Both the position numbers and the translations under genes were made by a program. A stretch of DNA of 64,000 bases from Eledone cirrhosa (lineage: Eukaryota): positions 402,690,001 to 402,754,000 of the forward strand of contig OZ024741.1 of NCBI GenBank assembly GCA_964016885.1. Direction: 5' to 3'. Every line of letters starts with the position of its first letter. Positions within the stretch are counted from its first letter, which is position 1. Shown here in pieces: positions 48,270 to 59,752 of the stretch. Below the pieces are notes generated by a model. It saw nothing but the letters and a program-made list of their open reading frames with translations, did not search any database and was not told the DNA's origin.

Positions 48270-51200
48270 ATGGCTGTCTTAAGAGTGGGTTGTCTAAATG
48301 CGCGTGGCCTGGGCTCACCTTGGAAGCAAGCTAAACTTCTAAGTGACCTCAGGTCACAATGTGTAAATGTGATGGTTATTTGCGAGGCCCGGATCAGCAG
48401 CATGCGACAGCTAACCCCCACCTTTGATGACTTTGAGATGCACGCATCTCTCTGTCAGCCCGGAGGTGGGGGTGGGGTTGTCGTTCTGCTGCAAAAACAT
48501 CTGGGTCTCGCTACACAGACGGTACACTTGGACCCGGAGGGTCGACTCGTGGTTCTGGACCTTGGCAATGGCGAAGGCGAAACTTTTAGGCTTGTCGCCG
48601 TATACGCCCCTTTTGGGGCAATGCGGTCGGACTTCTTCCATCGTCTGGAGACTTTTCTAGGGACGTCCCGCTCCTTGCTTTTAGTGGGGGACTGGAATGG
48701 TATCCTAGATGCACGTTGGGACTATGTAGGGGCATGTCCCGATAGAGGGGGGTGTAACAGCCTTAAGGGGTTAATCGGCCGATTCGACCTGGCCGATAGA
48801 TACCGACTAGATTTTCCGACTGTACCAACCTGGACCTGGTCAAATAACAGTGGTCAATCTAGATCGTACCTAGATAGGTTCTTAGTTAGAATTAAGGATA
48901 GGGACTTTTTAAGTTGTCCAGAAATGCTCATGGTGGGCTATTCAGACCACAAGTTAGTGACCTGCGTAGTCCACCTTGATAGAACGCATAGGCAGGGGCC
49001 CGGTTACTGGAAGCTCAACTTGTCCTTACCGGCAAGTAGAGCTTACAGGGACCGGATTAGAACCTTAGTTAAGGAGCAGTTGACGGGCGCCATCGTCAAC
49101 AACAGGTGGTGGGGCTCTCTAAAAAGAGAGATTAGAGTAGTTTCAATAGGAGTTAGTAAGGAGTTAGCCTCAGATAGAAATAGGAAGGAAAGGGAGTTGG
49201 TAGTTAATGTTGAAGAGGCAATGAGAAGCGGCAACGTGGCCAGAGTGCAAGCGTCGAGAACGGTCTTGAACCAGTTCTTCGACGCGAAACACGAAGGCTG
49301 CGTTGTCCGAAGCAAAATACGTGCTCTGGGAAACGAGGGGACCAAAGCTGTTAGCTGGGCCCGCGTGACAGAAGCGAAAAGTGGGATTAAATCCACTATC
49401 CGGTCTTTGCGAGACCAGGATGGACGGCTGATCCTTGAACCTAAGCAAATGTGCGAAGCCTTTCAAAGGCACTTTGCCCAATTGTTCGGGAGGGGCGGGG
49501 AGCCGGTTGGAGATGTGGATTTCGGTCCATACCTCGACGGCCTGCCGCGTCTTTCGGACAGGGAGGCGAGGTCCTGCGACGGGCCGATCTCAGCGGCTGA
49601 AATAGGGGACGTGCTGAGCCTATGCGGCAAACGCAAATCTCCAGGACTCGATGGTCTGCCCTACGAACTATATATTAATATGCCGGACTTGTTCCCCGAT
49701 CTCCTCGAGGCGGTCTACTGCAACTGGCAACAGAACAGGAGAATTCCCTGTTCTGTGACCAAGGGCGTAGTCTCGCTAGTGAGGAAGGACGAGAACAAGG
49801 GGGATGACATTAGTAATTTTAGGCCCATAACTCTGCTAAATGCAGAGTTAAAGATTTTGGCGAAGGTGTTAGCGAAGAGGTTGGCGCTTGTCGTGGGGGG
49901 CCTGGTGGGAGATGCGCAGACATGCGCTATCCCGTCCAGGTCCATCCACGACAACCTCCACCTCATGCGATACATCATAGAGAGGGTTGGGAACGAACCC
50001 GGCTTTGGTGGGGCCCTGATAAATTTAGATCAGTCTAAAGCGTTCGATAGGGTGGACCATGGTTACCTGGATGCGGTGCTAGCGGCGGCTGGGTTCGGAC
50101 CCGTTTTCAGGGGCTGGATCACTGCCATACACAGCAGCCGCATCTGCTCTAGAGTCAAGGTGAACGGCTACCTTTCGGAGCCGTTCGAAATCACCCGCTC
50201 CATCCGACAGGGGTGCCCTCTCTCCTCCCTTCTGTATGTGTTGACTCTCGAGCCATTACTGCGGAAGTTGGAGTTGTTGCAGGGCATCCCTTTGGAACCG
50301 GGATTGCGCAAAGCGGTGTCGGCCTACGCCGATGACGTCACAGTAATGGTGTCGACCGCCTCTGAAATCGAGGCGATCGGCACCTTACTAGAGGAGTACG
50401 AAAGGTTGACAGGGGCTAAGCTGAACCGGGACAAGTCAGTCGCTTTGCAACTCGGCGAGTGGAGGGGCAAAGCGATGTCGTGCGACGGTATCGTCGGACG
50501 GTGGACGGAGGGCCCGGTGAAGTTGCTTGGGGTCTGGTTCGGACCGGACCTCCAGGTGGAGAAAAACTGGGGTGAGGTGACGAATAGGGTGTTTGCACTG
50601 ACCCAGAAGTGGGCCGAGTGCAAACTATCCCTAAAAGGTCGGGCGGAGGTGGCGAACGCTTACATAGCGTCCGTCATCTATTACCGCTTGACTGTCGTGC
50701 CTTGCCCGGGTGAGATCCTCGCCAAAATGGAGCGCGCCCTCTTTTATTTCCTTTGGAAGAAGAGGTCTCCTCTGGTGAGGAGATCCATCTGCTGTCAACA
50801 CCCTTTGAAAGGAGGGCTGGGGATGCCGTGGCTAAAAATGCGTAAACACGCATTGAGGCTAAGGCACCTCCACGTATTCCTCACCGGTCAACCGGTGTGG
50901 GCCCCGTTTGTGAGGCGAGCCTTCCCGAGGCTCGTCTCGCTCACCGAGCTGCAGTCCTGGGTGAAGCAAAGACCGAGAAAACTGGGCGACTGGCACACCG
51001 AGTGTGCCCAGGCGCTCACGGCTCTCTGGCAGGCGGACCCGGCTATCGACGGAGACTCCACCTCGTCATTCTATAGAGGGCTGGTGGTTAGCGGGTGCGA
51101 CGACGCCCTCGGAGAAGCCCTAGGCATGGAGGAGGACGAACTGGCCAGTCTATTCGGTAGGACTTTCGGCCCGGGACCTATGGACAACTTCCAGAAGTCC

Positions 51201-51707
51201 TTGGCCTGGCAGTGCTACCGAGGGGCTCTGCCCGTTCGGGATAAGCTCTACAGACACGGGCGCCCGGGTAGGGACCCCTCGAAAAAGATCTGTCCCAGAT
51301 GCGTGCGCGACGAGGAAACCGTCGCGCACGCATTGGTGCACTGCCCGGGCGTTGCCGATCTGTGGGGCTATGTCGAACGACTGTTGTCACGGGTGGGACC
51401 AATTAGGTTGACCACCGAGTCCATTGTAACGATCAAGCCGCCTCCCCCCTTCAAAAATGAAGGAGAGGCGGTCTTCCTCTGTGTAATAGCCATGGTAAAA
51501 GAGGCTATATGGTGGACGCGTCTGAAAGGGCTGAGGTCGGACACCTTTCTCTCCGGCCAACAACTGGTCCTTTTCTTCCGATACCATTTCGGAAGAAGGA
51601 TCAGGATGGAGAGAGAGGTGCTCCACTCCAGCCAGTTTTATGAAAGATGGGTGAAAGTTGCGAGAATGGCCCGTGTGAATGGGCCTTCTCTCTACCTCAG
51701 CCTGTAG
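48270..51707 (+). CDS. ORF2p: AP endonuclease, reverse transcriptase and C-terminal zinc finger (1145 aa)
   Basis: APE motifs LNARGL, VYAP, GDWN, LDRF, SDH; GPGYWKLN; RT motifs KSPGLDGL, FRPITLLN, KAFDRVDH, RQGCPLS, YADD; CPRC..ETVAHALVHC. Confidence 0.97.
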   Translation: MAVLRVGCLNARGLGSPWKQAKLLSDLRSQCVNVMVICEARISSMRQLTPTFDDFEMHASLCQPGGGGGVVVLLQKHLGLATQTVHLDPEGRLVVLDLGNGEGETFRLVAVYAPFGAMRSDFFHRLETFLGTSRSLLLVGDWNGILDARWDYVGACPDRGGCNSLKGLIGRFDLADRYRLDFPTVPTWTWSNNSGQSRSYLDRFLVRIKDRDFLSCPEMLMVGYSDHKLVTCVVHLDRTHRQGPGYWKLNLSLPASRAYRDRIRTLVKEQLTGAIVNNRWWGSLKREIRVVSIGVSKELASDRNRKERELVVNVEEAMRSGNVARVQASRTVLNQFFDAKHEGCVVRSKIRALGNEGTKAVSWARVTEAKSGIKSTIRSLRDQDGRLILEPKQMCEAFQRHFAQLFGRGGEPVGDVDFGPYLDGLPRLSDREARSCDGPISAAEIGDVLSLCGKRKSPGLDGLPYELYINMPDLFPDLLEAVYCNWQQNRRIPCSVTKGVVSLVRKDENKGDDISNFRPITLLNAELKILAKVLAKRLALVVGGLVGDAQTCAIPSRSIHDNLHLMRYIIERVGNEPGFGGALINLDQSKAFDRVDHGYLDAVLAAAGFGPVFRGWITAIHSSRICSRVKVNGYLSEPFEITRSIRQGCPLSSLLYVLTLEPLLRKLELLQGIPLEPGLRKAVSAYADDVTVMVSTASEIEAIGTLLEEYERLTGAKLNRDKSVALQLGEWRGKAMSCDGIVGRWTEGPVKLLGVWFGPDLQVEKNWGEVTNRVFALTQKWAECKLSLKGRAEVANAYIASVIYYRLTVVPCPGEILAKMERALFYFLWKKRSPLVRRSICCQHPLKGGLGMPWLKMRKHALRLRHLHVFLTGQPVWAPFVRRAFPRLVSLTELQSWVKQRPRKLGDWHTECAQALTALWQADPAIDGDSTSSFYRGLVVSGCDDALGEALGMEEDELASLFGRTFGPGPMDNFQKSLAWQCYRGALPVRDKLYRHGRPGRDPSKKICPRCVRDEETVAHALVHCPGVADLWGYVERLLSRVGPIRLTTESIVTIKPPPPFKNEGEAVFLCVIAMVKEAIWWTRLKGLRSDTFLSGQQLVLFFRYHFGRRIRMEREVLHSSQFYERWVKVARMARVNGPSLYLSL

Positions 51708-52239
51708 GTGGAACAGAAAGAAGGGAGCACCCTCTCTTTGTGCTCCCGTGGAGAAGGGTCGCACACTTTTTTTCGGGGGTGTGTGTGACCCCAAAACGAT
51801 CCCTCCCTATTGAGGACCTTCTTGTTATTATTTTGTTTGTTATATTTTTCTTACTCGATTTTTATGTAAACTCCCCCCACCCATGTACATGTCCCTTTCT
51901 TTTGTGCCCTAGTGGCAAATAAACAGAAATTTGTCTGTGACTGTGTATGTGTCTGTCTGTCTGTCTGTCTCTCTGTCTGTCTGTCTGTGACTGTCTGTCT
52001 GTCTGTGACTGTGTATGTGTCTGTCTGTCTGTGACTGTGTATGTGTCTGTCTGTCTCTCTGTCTGAGGATAGTAGACGTGTGTCATATCGCTCTGTGATT
52101 TGGATTTTTACCTGCTAATTTTGTGAGTGGATTTTTTTGAATTATTTTGTATAATTAACTGTAACCCCTAGTCTGGGACTCTAGACGTCGGGTAAATATA
52201 TTTTCACCCCTTTTGGGGTGAAAAATAAATATTTGAGAA

Positions 52240-54000
52240 ATGTTTATCGATATCGTTGATAACGATATCGTCGAAAACGATATCGCCATATTGGAAGCGA
52301 ACGCCACGCCGACCAAAAAAACAAGCGGGAAAGAGGGAACAACAGTTCAAACTGTTGAACAACCCCTCCTCTCCAATGAAAAAAAGAATTTCAATTCAAA
52401 TGAAAAAATTAATTTTCAAGAAAAAAATAACACCACAAATAAGGAAACCAACAACATTACAACAACAAACAAAGACAAAATTTCTTTTGCCCAAACACTC
52501 AAGAGAGCCACGGAGTACAAAGCCATTGACATCACGAACGCCAAGGAAAATTTGCTAGAGGCTAGAAAATACGTATCTTTTGGGGAGGATGGTTCTTTTA
52601 CGATCAACTCCCCAGAAGAAGTGCGTGAACAGATTTACAAGAATACCGTAAGCTACAGAACCATAACCAACGAAACGAGAAAGCCAGCGCAATTGACCGA
52701 AAGTCAAATCGAGCTGGTTCTGAAAGAAATTAAAAATGACATACTCTTTATTCAAAGAGGAAAGCTGTATGCCAGCATTATGGTCCGAATGAAGGACGAA
52801 ATGCTGGCTCAGAAATATTCGGTGGCACCTATAGTGTCACCACATTACACCTTCTTCCCCACATATAAAGGAAGAAGAACACAAAGGATAAGAATGTGGA
52901 GCCCTACGCCAGAAATTAACATCTGGTCCGTCCTAACAGGATTTACCGACCTAGATAAGGACATACTAATTTCAGCAGGGGAGTCCACCAGTGGACTGTT
53001 CGGGGGGAAAAGTCTGGAGGTTCTCTTACAGATGACACCTGAGAGAATCTCCGGAATACCCGACCGAGTGCTACTGGATGGGCGAACCTACATAAATATC
53101 ACAGTGGAAGGCAGGAGACCCTCATGTTACCACTGCGCTGGCAGAGGTCACCTGAGGACGGCCTGCCCTCTACTAACAACTAAAAAACCACTGCTACAAA
53201 CACCACAACAACAACAAAAACAACCAGCACCACCATCACAAAAACAACAAAATACACTACCATCTCCACCAGAACAACAAAAACCAACAACACCACCACC
53301 ACCACCACCACCACAACAACAACAACATCAACAACAGCTCAAGAAAACAACCCAAAACACGGTCCCACCCAGCCCCACCCCACAGAACACAAATACAAAA
53401 ACAGTTCATACACAACCCGGAGATATACCCCTCCCCTCCAATACGGAAGAGGAGCTCATATCGTCGGAAGACGAGGGGGCTCCCTTCCAAAAAGTGAAAA
53501 GAAAAAAACGTACACACACCACAACAACAAAAATAACCCCACCTGACAACACAACACAGACAATAAAACGCAAACTCACTCAACAACAACAAGCAAAAAC
53601 AAACACAACAACACAAAAACTCTACACATACATAAACAAAAACAATGAAAACCTAACTTTAAAAATAGAAACCAACCCTTCGATACAAACCGAAGGGCCG
53701 AATTTCGTAACGGCAATGGGGCTCCCTAACCTGAAAATGGTGAAAATCCCACTTGACATTTTTAAAACTTTAAAAGACATGTACCCTGAGGACGTGGGCC
53801 CACCCTGCACCAGGCCACTCAACCGCGTCCTCCTGAAAGGTTTTCCCCTCCCCTCCTCAAACACCCACACAACTCCAAAGATCCCAACCCCTCCACACAC
53901 CAATACCCCCACACCACCACAAACCACCACCCCACCCATCAACCCCGCCACCAGCCCCATGGAAACTGAGCGACCCGAACCCCGGGACGCAGAGAGGTAA
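52240..54000 (+). CDS. ORF1p, copy 2
   Basis: Translation identical to 46486-48246. Confidence 0.9.
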   Translation: MFIDIVDNDIVENDIAILEANATPTKKTSGKEGTTVQTVEQPLLSNEKKNFNSNEKINFQEKNNTTNKETNNITTTNKDKISFAQTLKRATEYKAIDITNAKENLLEARKYVSFGEDGSFTINSPEEVREQIYKNTVSYRTITNETRKPAQLTESQIELVLKEIKNDILFIQRGKLYASIMVRMKDEMLAQKYSVAPIVSPHYTFFPTYKGRRTQRIRMWSPTPEINIWSVLTGFTDLDKDILISAGESTSGLFGGKSLEVLLQMTPERISGIPDRVLLDGRTYINITVEGRRPSCYHCAGRGHLRTACPLLTTKKPLLQTPQQQQKQPAPPSQKQQNTLPSPPEQQKPTTPPPPPPPQQQQHQQQLKKTTQNTVPPSPTPQNTNTKTVHTQPGDIPLPSNTEEELISSEDEGAPFQKVKRKKRTHTTTTKITPPDNTTQTIKRKLTQQQQAKTNTTTQKLYTYINKNNENLTLKIETNPSIQTEGPNFVTAMGLPNLKMVKIPLDIFKTLKDMYPEDVGPPCTRPLNRVLLKGFPLPSSNTHTTPKIPTPPHTNTPTPPQTTTPPINPATSPMETERPEPRDAER

Positions 54001-54023
54001 GTGCCTCTTTCTTTGCCACCAAC

Positions 54024-57000
54024 ATGGCTGTCTTAAGAGTGGGTTGTCTAAATGCGCGTGGCCTGGGCTCACCTTGGAAGCAAGCTAAACTTCTAAGTGA
54101 CCTCAGGTCACAATGTGTAAATGTGATGGTTATTTGCGAGGCCCGGATCAGCAGCATGCGACAGCTAACCCCCACCTTTGATGACTTTGAGATGCACGCA
54201 TCTCTCTGTCAGCCCGGAGGTGGGGGTGGGGTTGTCGTTCTGCTGCAAAAACATCTGGGTCTCGCTACACAGACGGTACACTTGGACCCGGAGGGTCGAC
54301 TCGTGGTTCTGGACCTTGGCAATGGCGAAGGCGAAACTTTTAGGCTTGTCGCCGTATACGCCCCTTTTGGGGCAATGCGGTCGGACTTCTTCCATCGTCT
54401 GGAGACTTTTCTAGGGACGTCCCGCTCCTTGCTTTTAGTGGGGGACTGGAATGGTATCCTAGATGCACGTTGGGACTATGTAGGGGCATGTCCCGATAGA
54501 GGGGGGTGTAACAGCCTTAAGGGGTTAATCGGCCGATTCGACCTGGCCGATAGATACCGACTAGATTTTCCGACTGTACCAACCTGGACCTGGTCAAATA
54601 ACAGTGGTCAATCTAGATCGTACCTAGATAGGTTCTTAGTTAGAATTAAGGATAGGGACTTTTTAAGTTGTCCAGAAATGCTCATGGTGGGCTATTCAGA
54701 CCACAAGTTAGTGACCTGCGTAGTCCACCTTGATAGAACGCATAGGCAGGGGCCCGGTTACTGGAAGCTCAACTTGTCCTTACCGGCAAGTAGAGCTTAC
54801 AGGGACCGGATTAGAACCTTAGTTAAGGAGCAGTTGACGGGCGCCATCGTCAACAACAGGTGGTGGGGCTCTCTAAAAAGAGAGATTAGAGTAGTTTCAA
54901 TAGGAGTTAGTAAGGAGTTAGCCTCAGATAGAAATAGGAAGGAAAGGGAGTTGGTAGTTAATGTTGAAGAGGCAATGAGAAGCGGCAACGTGGCCAGAGT
55001 GCAAGCGTCGAGAACGGTCTTGAACCAGTTCTTCGACGCGAAACACGAAGGCTGCGTTGTCCGAAGCAAAATACGTGCTCTGGGAAACGAGGGGACCAAA
55101 GCTGTTAGCTGGGCCCGCGTGACAGAAGCGAAAAGTGGGATTAAATCCACTATCCGGTCTTTGCGAGACCAGGATGGACGGCTGATCCTTGAACCTAAGC
55201 AAATGTGCGAAGCCTTTCAAAGGCACTTTGCCCAATTGTTCGGGAGGGGCGGGGAGCCGGTTGGAGATGTGGATTTCGGTCCATACCTCGACGGCCTGCC
55301 GCGTCTTTCGGACAGGGAGGCGAGGTCCTGCGACGGGCCGATCTCAGCGGCTGAAATAGGGGACGTGCTGAGCCTATGCGGCAAACGCAAATCTCCAGGA
55401 CTCGATGGTCTGCCCTACGAACTATATATTAATATGCCGGACTTGTTCCCCGATCTCCTCGAGGCGGTCTACTGCAACTGGCAACAGAACAGGAGAATTC
55501 CCTGTTCTGTGACCAAGGGCGTAGTCTCGCTAGTGAGGAAGGACGAGAACAAGGGGGATGACATTAGTAATTTTAGGCCCATAACTCTGCTAAATGCAGA
55601 GTTAAAGATTTTGGCGAAGGTGTTAGCGAAGAGGTTGGCGCTTGTCGTGGGGGGCCTGGTGGGAGATGCGCAGACATGCGCTATCCCGTCCAGGTCCATC
55701 CACGACAACCTCCACCTCATGCGATACATCATAGAGAGGGTTGGGAACGAACCCGGCTTTGGTGGGGCCCTGATAAATTTAGATCAGTCTAAAGCGTTCG
55801 ATAGGGTGGACCATGGTTACCTGGATGCGGTGCTAGCGGCGGCTGGGTTCGGACCCGTTTTCAGGGGCTGGATCACTGCCATACACAGCAGCCGCATCTG
55901 CTCTAGAGTCAAGGTGAACGGCTACCTTTCGGAGCCGTTCGAAATCACCCGCTCCATCCGACAGGGGTGCCCTCTCTCCTCCCTTCTGTATGTGTTGACT
56001 CTCGAGCCATTACTGCGGAAGTTGGAGTTGTTGCAGGGCATCCCTTTGGAACCGGGATTGCGCAAAGCGGTGTCGGCCTACGCCGATGACGTCACAGTAA
56101 TGGTGTCGACCGCCTCTGAAATCGAGGCGATCGGCACCTTACTAGAGGAGTACGAAAGGTTGACAGGGGCTAAGCTGAACCGGGACAAGTCAGTCGCTTT
56201 GCAACTCGGCGAGTGGAGGGGCAAAGCGATGTCGTGCGACGGTATCGTCGGACGGTGGACGGAGGGCCCGGTGAAGTTGCTTGGGGTCTGGTTCGGACCG
56301 GACCTCCAGGTGGAGAAAAACTGGGGTGAGGTGACGAATAGGGTGTTTGCACTGACCCAGAAGTGGGCCGAGTGCAAACTATCCCTAAAAGGTCGGGCGG
56401 AGGTGGCGAACGCTTACATAGCGTCCGTCATCTATTACCGCTTGACTGTCGTGCCTTGCCCGGGTGAGATCCTCGCCAAAATGGAGCGCGCCCTCTTTTA
56501 TTTCCTTTGGAAGAAGAGGTCTCCTCTGGTGAGGAGATCCATCTGCTGTCAACACCCTTTGAAAGGAGGGCTGGGGATGCCGTGGCTAAAAATGCGTAAA
56601 CACGCATTGAGGCTAAGGCACCTCCACGTATTCCTCACCGGTCAACCGGTGTGGGCCCCGTTTGTGAGGCGAGCCTTCCCGAGGCTCGTCTCGCTCACCG
56701 AGCTGCAGTCCTGGGTGAAGCAAAGACCGAGAAAACTGGGCGACTGGCACACCGAGTGTGCCCAGGCGCTCACGGCTCTCTGGCAGGCGGACCCGGCTAT
56801 CGACGGAGACTCCACCTCGTCATTCTATAGAGGGCTGGTGGTTAGCGGGTGCGACGACGCCCTCGGAGAAGCCCTAGGCATGGAGGAGGACGAACTGGCC
56901 AGTCTATTCGGTAGGACTTTCGGCCCGGGACCTATGGACAACTTCCAGAAGTCCTTGGCCTGGCAGTGCTACCGAGGGGCTCTGCCCGTTCGGGATAAGC

Positions 57001-57461
57001 TCTACAGACACGGGCGCCCGGGTAGGGACCCCTCGAAAAAGATCTGTCCCAGATGCGTGCGCGACGAGGAAACCGTCGCGCACGCATTGGTGCACTGCCC
57101 GGGCGTTGCCGATCTGTGGGGCTATGTCGAACGACTGTTGTCACGGGTGGGACCAATTAGGTTGACCACCGAGTCCATTGTAACGATCAAGCCGCCTCCC
57201 CCCTTCAAAAATGAAGGAGAGGCGGTCTTCCTCTGTGTAATAGCCATGGTAAAAGAGGCTATATGGTGGACGCGTCTGAAAGGGCTGAGGTCGGACACCT
57301 TTCTCTCCGGCCAACAACTGGTCCTTTTCTTCCGATACCATTTCGGAAGAAGGATCAGGATGGAGAGAGAGGTGCTCCACTCCAGCCAGTTTTATGAAAG
57401 ATGGGTGAAAGTTGCGAGAATGGCCCGTGTGAATGGGCCTTCTCTCTACCTCAGCCTGTAG
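54024..57461 (+). CDS. ORF2p APE-RT, copy 2
   Basis: Translation identical to 48270-51707. Confidence 0.97.
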   Translation: MAVLRVGCLNARGLGSPWKQAKLLSDLRSQCVNVMVICEARISSMRQLTPTFDDFEMHASLCQPGGGGGVVVLLQKHLGLATQTVHLDPEGRLVVLDLGNGEGETFRLVAVYAPFGAMRSDFFHRLETFLGTSRSLLLVGDWNGILDARWDYVGACPDRGGCNSLKGLIGRFDLADRYRLDFPTVPTWTWSNNSGQSRSYLDRFLVRIKDRDFLSCPEMLMVGYSDHKLVTCVVHLDRTHRQGPGYWKLNLSLPASRAYRDRIRTLVKEQLTGAIVNNRWWGSLKREIRVVSIGVSKELASDRNRKERELVVNVEEAMRSGNVARVQASRTVLNQFFDAKHEGCVVRSKIRALGNEGTKAVSWARVTEAKSGIKSTIRSLRDQDGRLILEPKQMCEAFQRHFAQLFGRGGEPVGDVDFGPYLDGLPRLSDREARSCDGPISAAEIGDVLSLCGKRKSPGLDGLPYELYINMPDLFPDLLEAVYCNWQQNRRIPCSVTKGVVSLVRKDENKGDDISNFRPITLLNAELKILAKVLAKRLALVVGGLVGDAQTCAIPSRSIHDNLHLMRYIIERVGNEPGFGGALINLDQSKAFDRVDHGYLDAVLAAAGFGPVFRGWITAIHSSRICSRVKVNGYLSEPFEITRSIRQGCPLSSLLYVLTLEPLLRKLELLQGIPLEPGLRKAVSAYADDVTVMVSTASEIEAIGTLLEEYERLTGAKLNRDKSVALQLGEWRGKAMSCDGIVGRWTEGPVKLLGVWFGPDLQVEKNWGEVTNRVFALTQKWAECKLSLKGRAEVANAYIASVIYYRLTVVPCPGEILAKMERALFYFLWKKRSPLVRRSICCQHPLKGGLGMPWLKMRKHALRLRHLHVFLTGQPVWAPFVRRAFPRLVSLTELQSWVKQRPRKLGDWHTECAQALTALWQADPAIDGDSTSSFYRGLVVSGCDDALGEALGMEEDELASLFGRTFGPGPMDNFQKSLAWQCYRGALPVRDKLYRHGRPGRDPSKKICPRCVRDEETVAHALVHCPGVADLWGYVERLLSRVGPIRLTTESIVTIKPPPPFKNEGEAVFLCVIAMVKEAIWWTRLKGLRSDTFLSGQQLVLFFRYHFGRRIRMEREVLHSSQFYERWVKVARMARVNGPSLYLSL

Positions 57462-57993
57462 GTGGAACAGAAAGAAGGGAGCACCCTCTCTTTGTGCTCC
57501 CGTGGAGAAGGGTCGCACACTTTTTTTCGGGGGTGTGTGTGACCCCAAAACGATCCCTCCCTATTGAGGACCTTCTTGTTATTATTTTGTTTGTTATATT
57601 TTTCTTACTCGATTTTTATGTAAACTCCCCCCACCCATGTACATGTCCCTTTCTTTTGTGCCCTAGTGGCAAATAAACAGAAATTTGTCTGTGACTGTGT
57701 ATGTGTCTGTCTGTCTGTCTGTCTCTCTGTCTGTCTGTCTGTGACTGTCTGTCTGTCTGTGACTGTGTATGTGTCTGTCTGTCTGTGACTGTGTATGTGT
57801 CTGTCTGTCTCTCTGTCTGAGGATAGTAGACGTGTGTCATATCGCTCTGTGATTTGGATTTTTACCTGCTAATTTTGTGAGTGGATTTTTTTGAATTATT
57901 TTGTATAATTAACTGTAACCCCTAGTCTGGGACTCTAGACGTCGGGTAAATATATTTTCACCCCTTTTGGGGTGAAAAATAAATATTTGAGAA

Positions 57994-59729
57994 ATGTTTA
58001 TCGATATCGTTGATAACGATATCGTCGAAAACGATATCGCCATATTGGAAGCGAACGCCACGCCGACCAAAAAAACAAGCGGGAAAGAGGGAACAACAGT
58101 TCAAACTGTTGAACAACCCCTCCTCTCCAATGAAAAAAAGAATTTCAATTCAAATGAAAAAATTAATTTTCAAGAAAAAAATAACACCACAACATTACAA
58201 CAACAAACAAAGACAAAATTTCTTTTGCCCAAACACTCAAGAGAGCCACGGAGTACAAAGCCATTGACATCACGAACGCCAAGGAAAATTTGCTAGAGGC
58301 TAGAAAATACGTATCTTTTGGGGTGGATGGTTCTTTTACGATCAACTCCCCAGAAGAAGTGCGTGAACAGATTTACAAGAATACCGTAAGCTTCAGAACC
58401 ATAACCAACGAAACGAGAAAGCCAGCGCAATTGACGGAAAGTCAAATCGAGCTGGTTCTGAAAGAAATTAAAAATGACATACTCTTTATTCAAAGAGGAA
58501 AGCTGTATGCCAGCATTATGGTCCGAATGAAGGACGAAATGCTGGCTCAGAAATATTCGGTGGCACCTATAGTGTCACCACAATACACCTTCTTCCCCAC
58601 ATATAAAGGAAGAAGAACACAAAGGATAAGAATGTGGAGCCCTACGCCAGAAATTAACATCTGGTCCGTCCTAACAGGATTTACCGACCTAGATAAGGAC
58701 ATACTAATTTCAGCAGGGGATTCCACCAGTGGACTGTTCGGGGGGAAAAGTCTGGAGGTTCTCTTACAGATGACACCTGAGAGAATCTCCGGAATACCCG
58801 ACCGAGTGCTACTGGATGGGCGAACCTACATAAATATCACAGTGGAAGGCAGGAGACCCTCATGTTACCACTGCGCTGGCAGAGGTCACCTGAGGACGGC
58901 CTGCCCTCTACTAACAACTAAAAAACCACTGCTACAAACACCACAACAACAACAAAAACAACCAGCACCACCATCACAAAAACAACAAAATACACTACCA
59001 TCTCCACCAGAACAACAAAAACCAACAACACCACCACCACCACAACAACAACAACATCAACAACAGCTCAAGAAAACAACCCAAAACACGGTCCCACCCA
59101 GCCCCACCCCACAGAACACAAATACAAAAACAGTTCATACACAACCCGGAGATATACCCCTCCCCTCCAATACGGAAGAGGAGCTCATATCGTCGGAAGA
59201 CGAGGGGGCTCCCTTCCAAAAAGTGAAAAGAAAAAAACGTACACACACCACAACAACAAAAATAACCCCACCTGACAACACAACACAGACAATAAAACGC
59301 AAACTCACTCAACAACAACAAGCAAAAACAAACACAACAACACAAAAACTCTACACATACATAAACAAAAACAATGAAAACCTAACTTTAAAAATAGAAA
59401 CCAACCCTTCGATACAAACCGAAGGGCCGAATTTCGTAACGGCAATGGGGCTCCCTAACCTGAAAATGGTGAAAATCCCACTTGACATTTTTAAAACTTT
59501 AAAAGACATGTACCCTGAGGACGTGGGCCCACCCTGCACCAGGCCACTCAACCGCGTCCTCCTGAAAGGTTTTCCCCTCCCCTCCTCAAACACCCACACA
59601 ACTCCAAAGATCCCAACCCCTCCACACACCAATACCCCCACACCACCACAAACCACCACCCCACCCATCAACCCCGCCACCAGCCCCATGGAAACTGAGC
59701 GACCCGAACCCCGGGACGCAGAGAGGTGA
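57994..59729 (+). pseudogene. ORF1 of copy 3, frameshifted
   Basis: Split into 100-aa and 479-aa ORFs by the 16-bp deletion. Confidence 0.88.
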
Positions 59730-59752
59730 GTGCCTCTTTCTTTGCCACCAAC

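Larger units (their letters stand above)
46311..51932 (+). mobile_element. Full-length Tx1/L1-group non-LTR retrotransposon, copy 1 (intact)
   Basis: 175-nt 5' UTR, ORF1, 23-nt spacer, ORF2, 3' UTR ending AATAAACAGAAATTT without poly(A). Confidence 0.93.
52065..57686 (+). mobile_element. Tx1/L1-group element, copy 2 (intact; no difference from copy 1 seen)
   Basis: All ORFs offset by exactly 5754 with identical translations. Confidence 0.93.

Noticed and set aside
51933-52064. Spacers interpreted as LTRs
   Set aside because: They are simple-sequence DNA with no TG..CA ends, PBS or PPT, and ORF2 is an APE-type non-LTR protein with no integrase.
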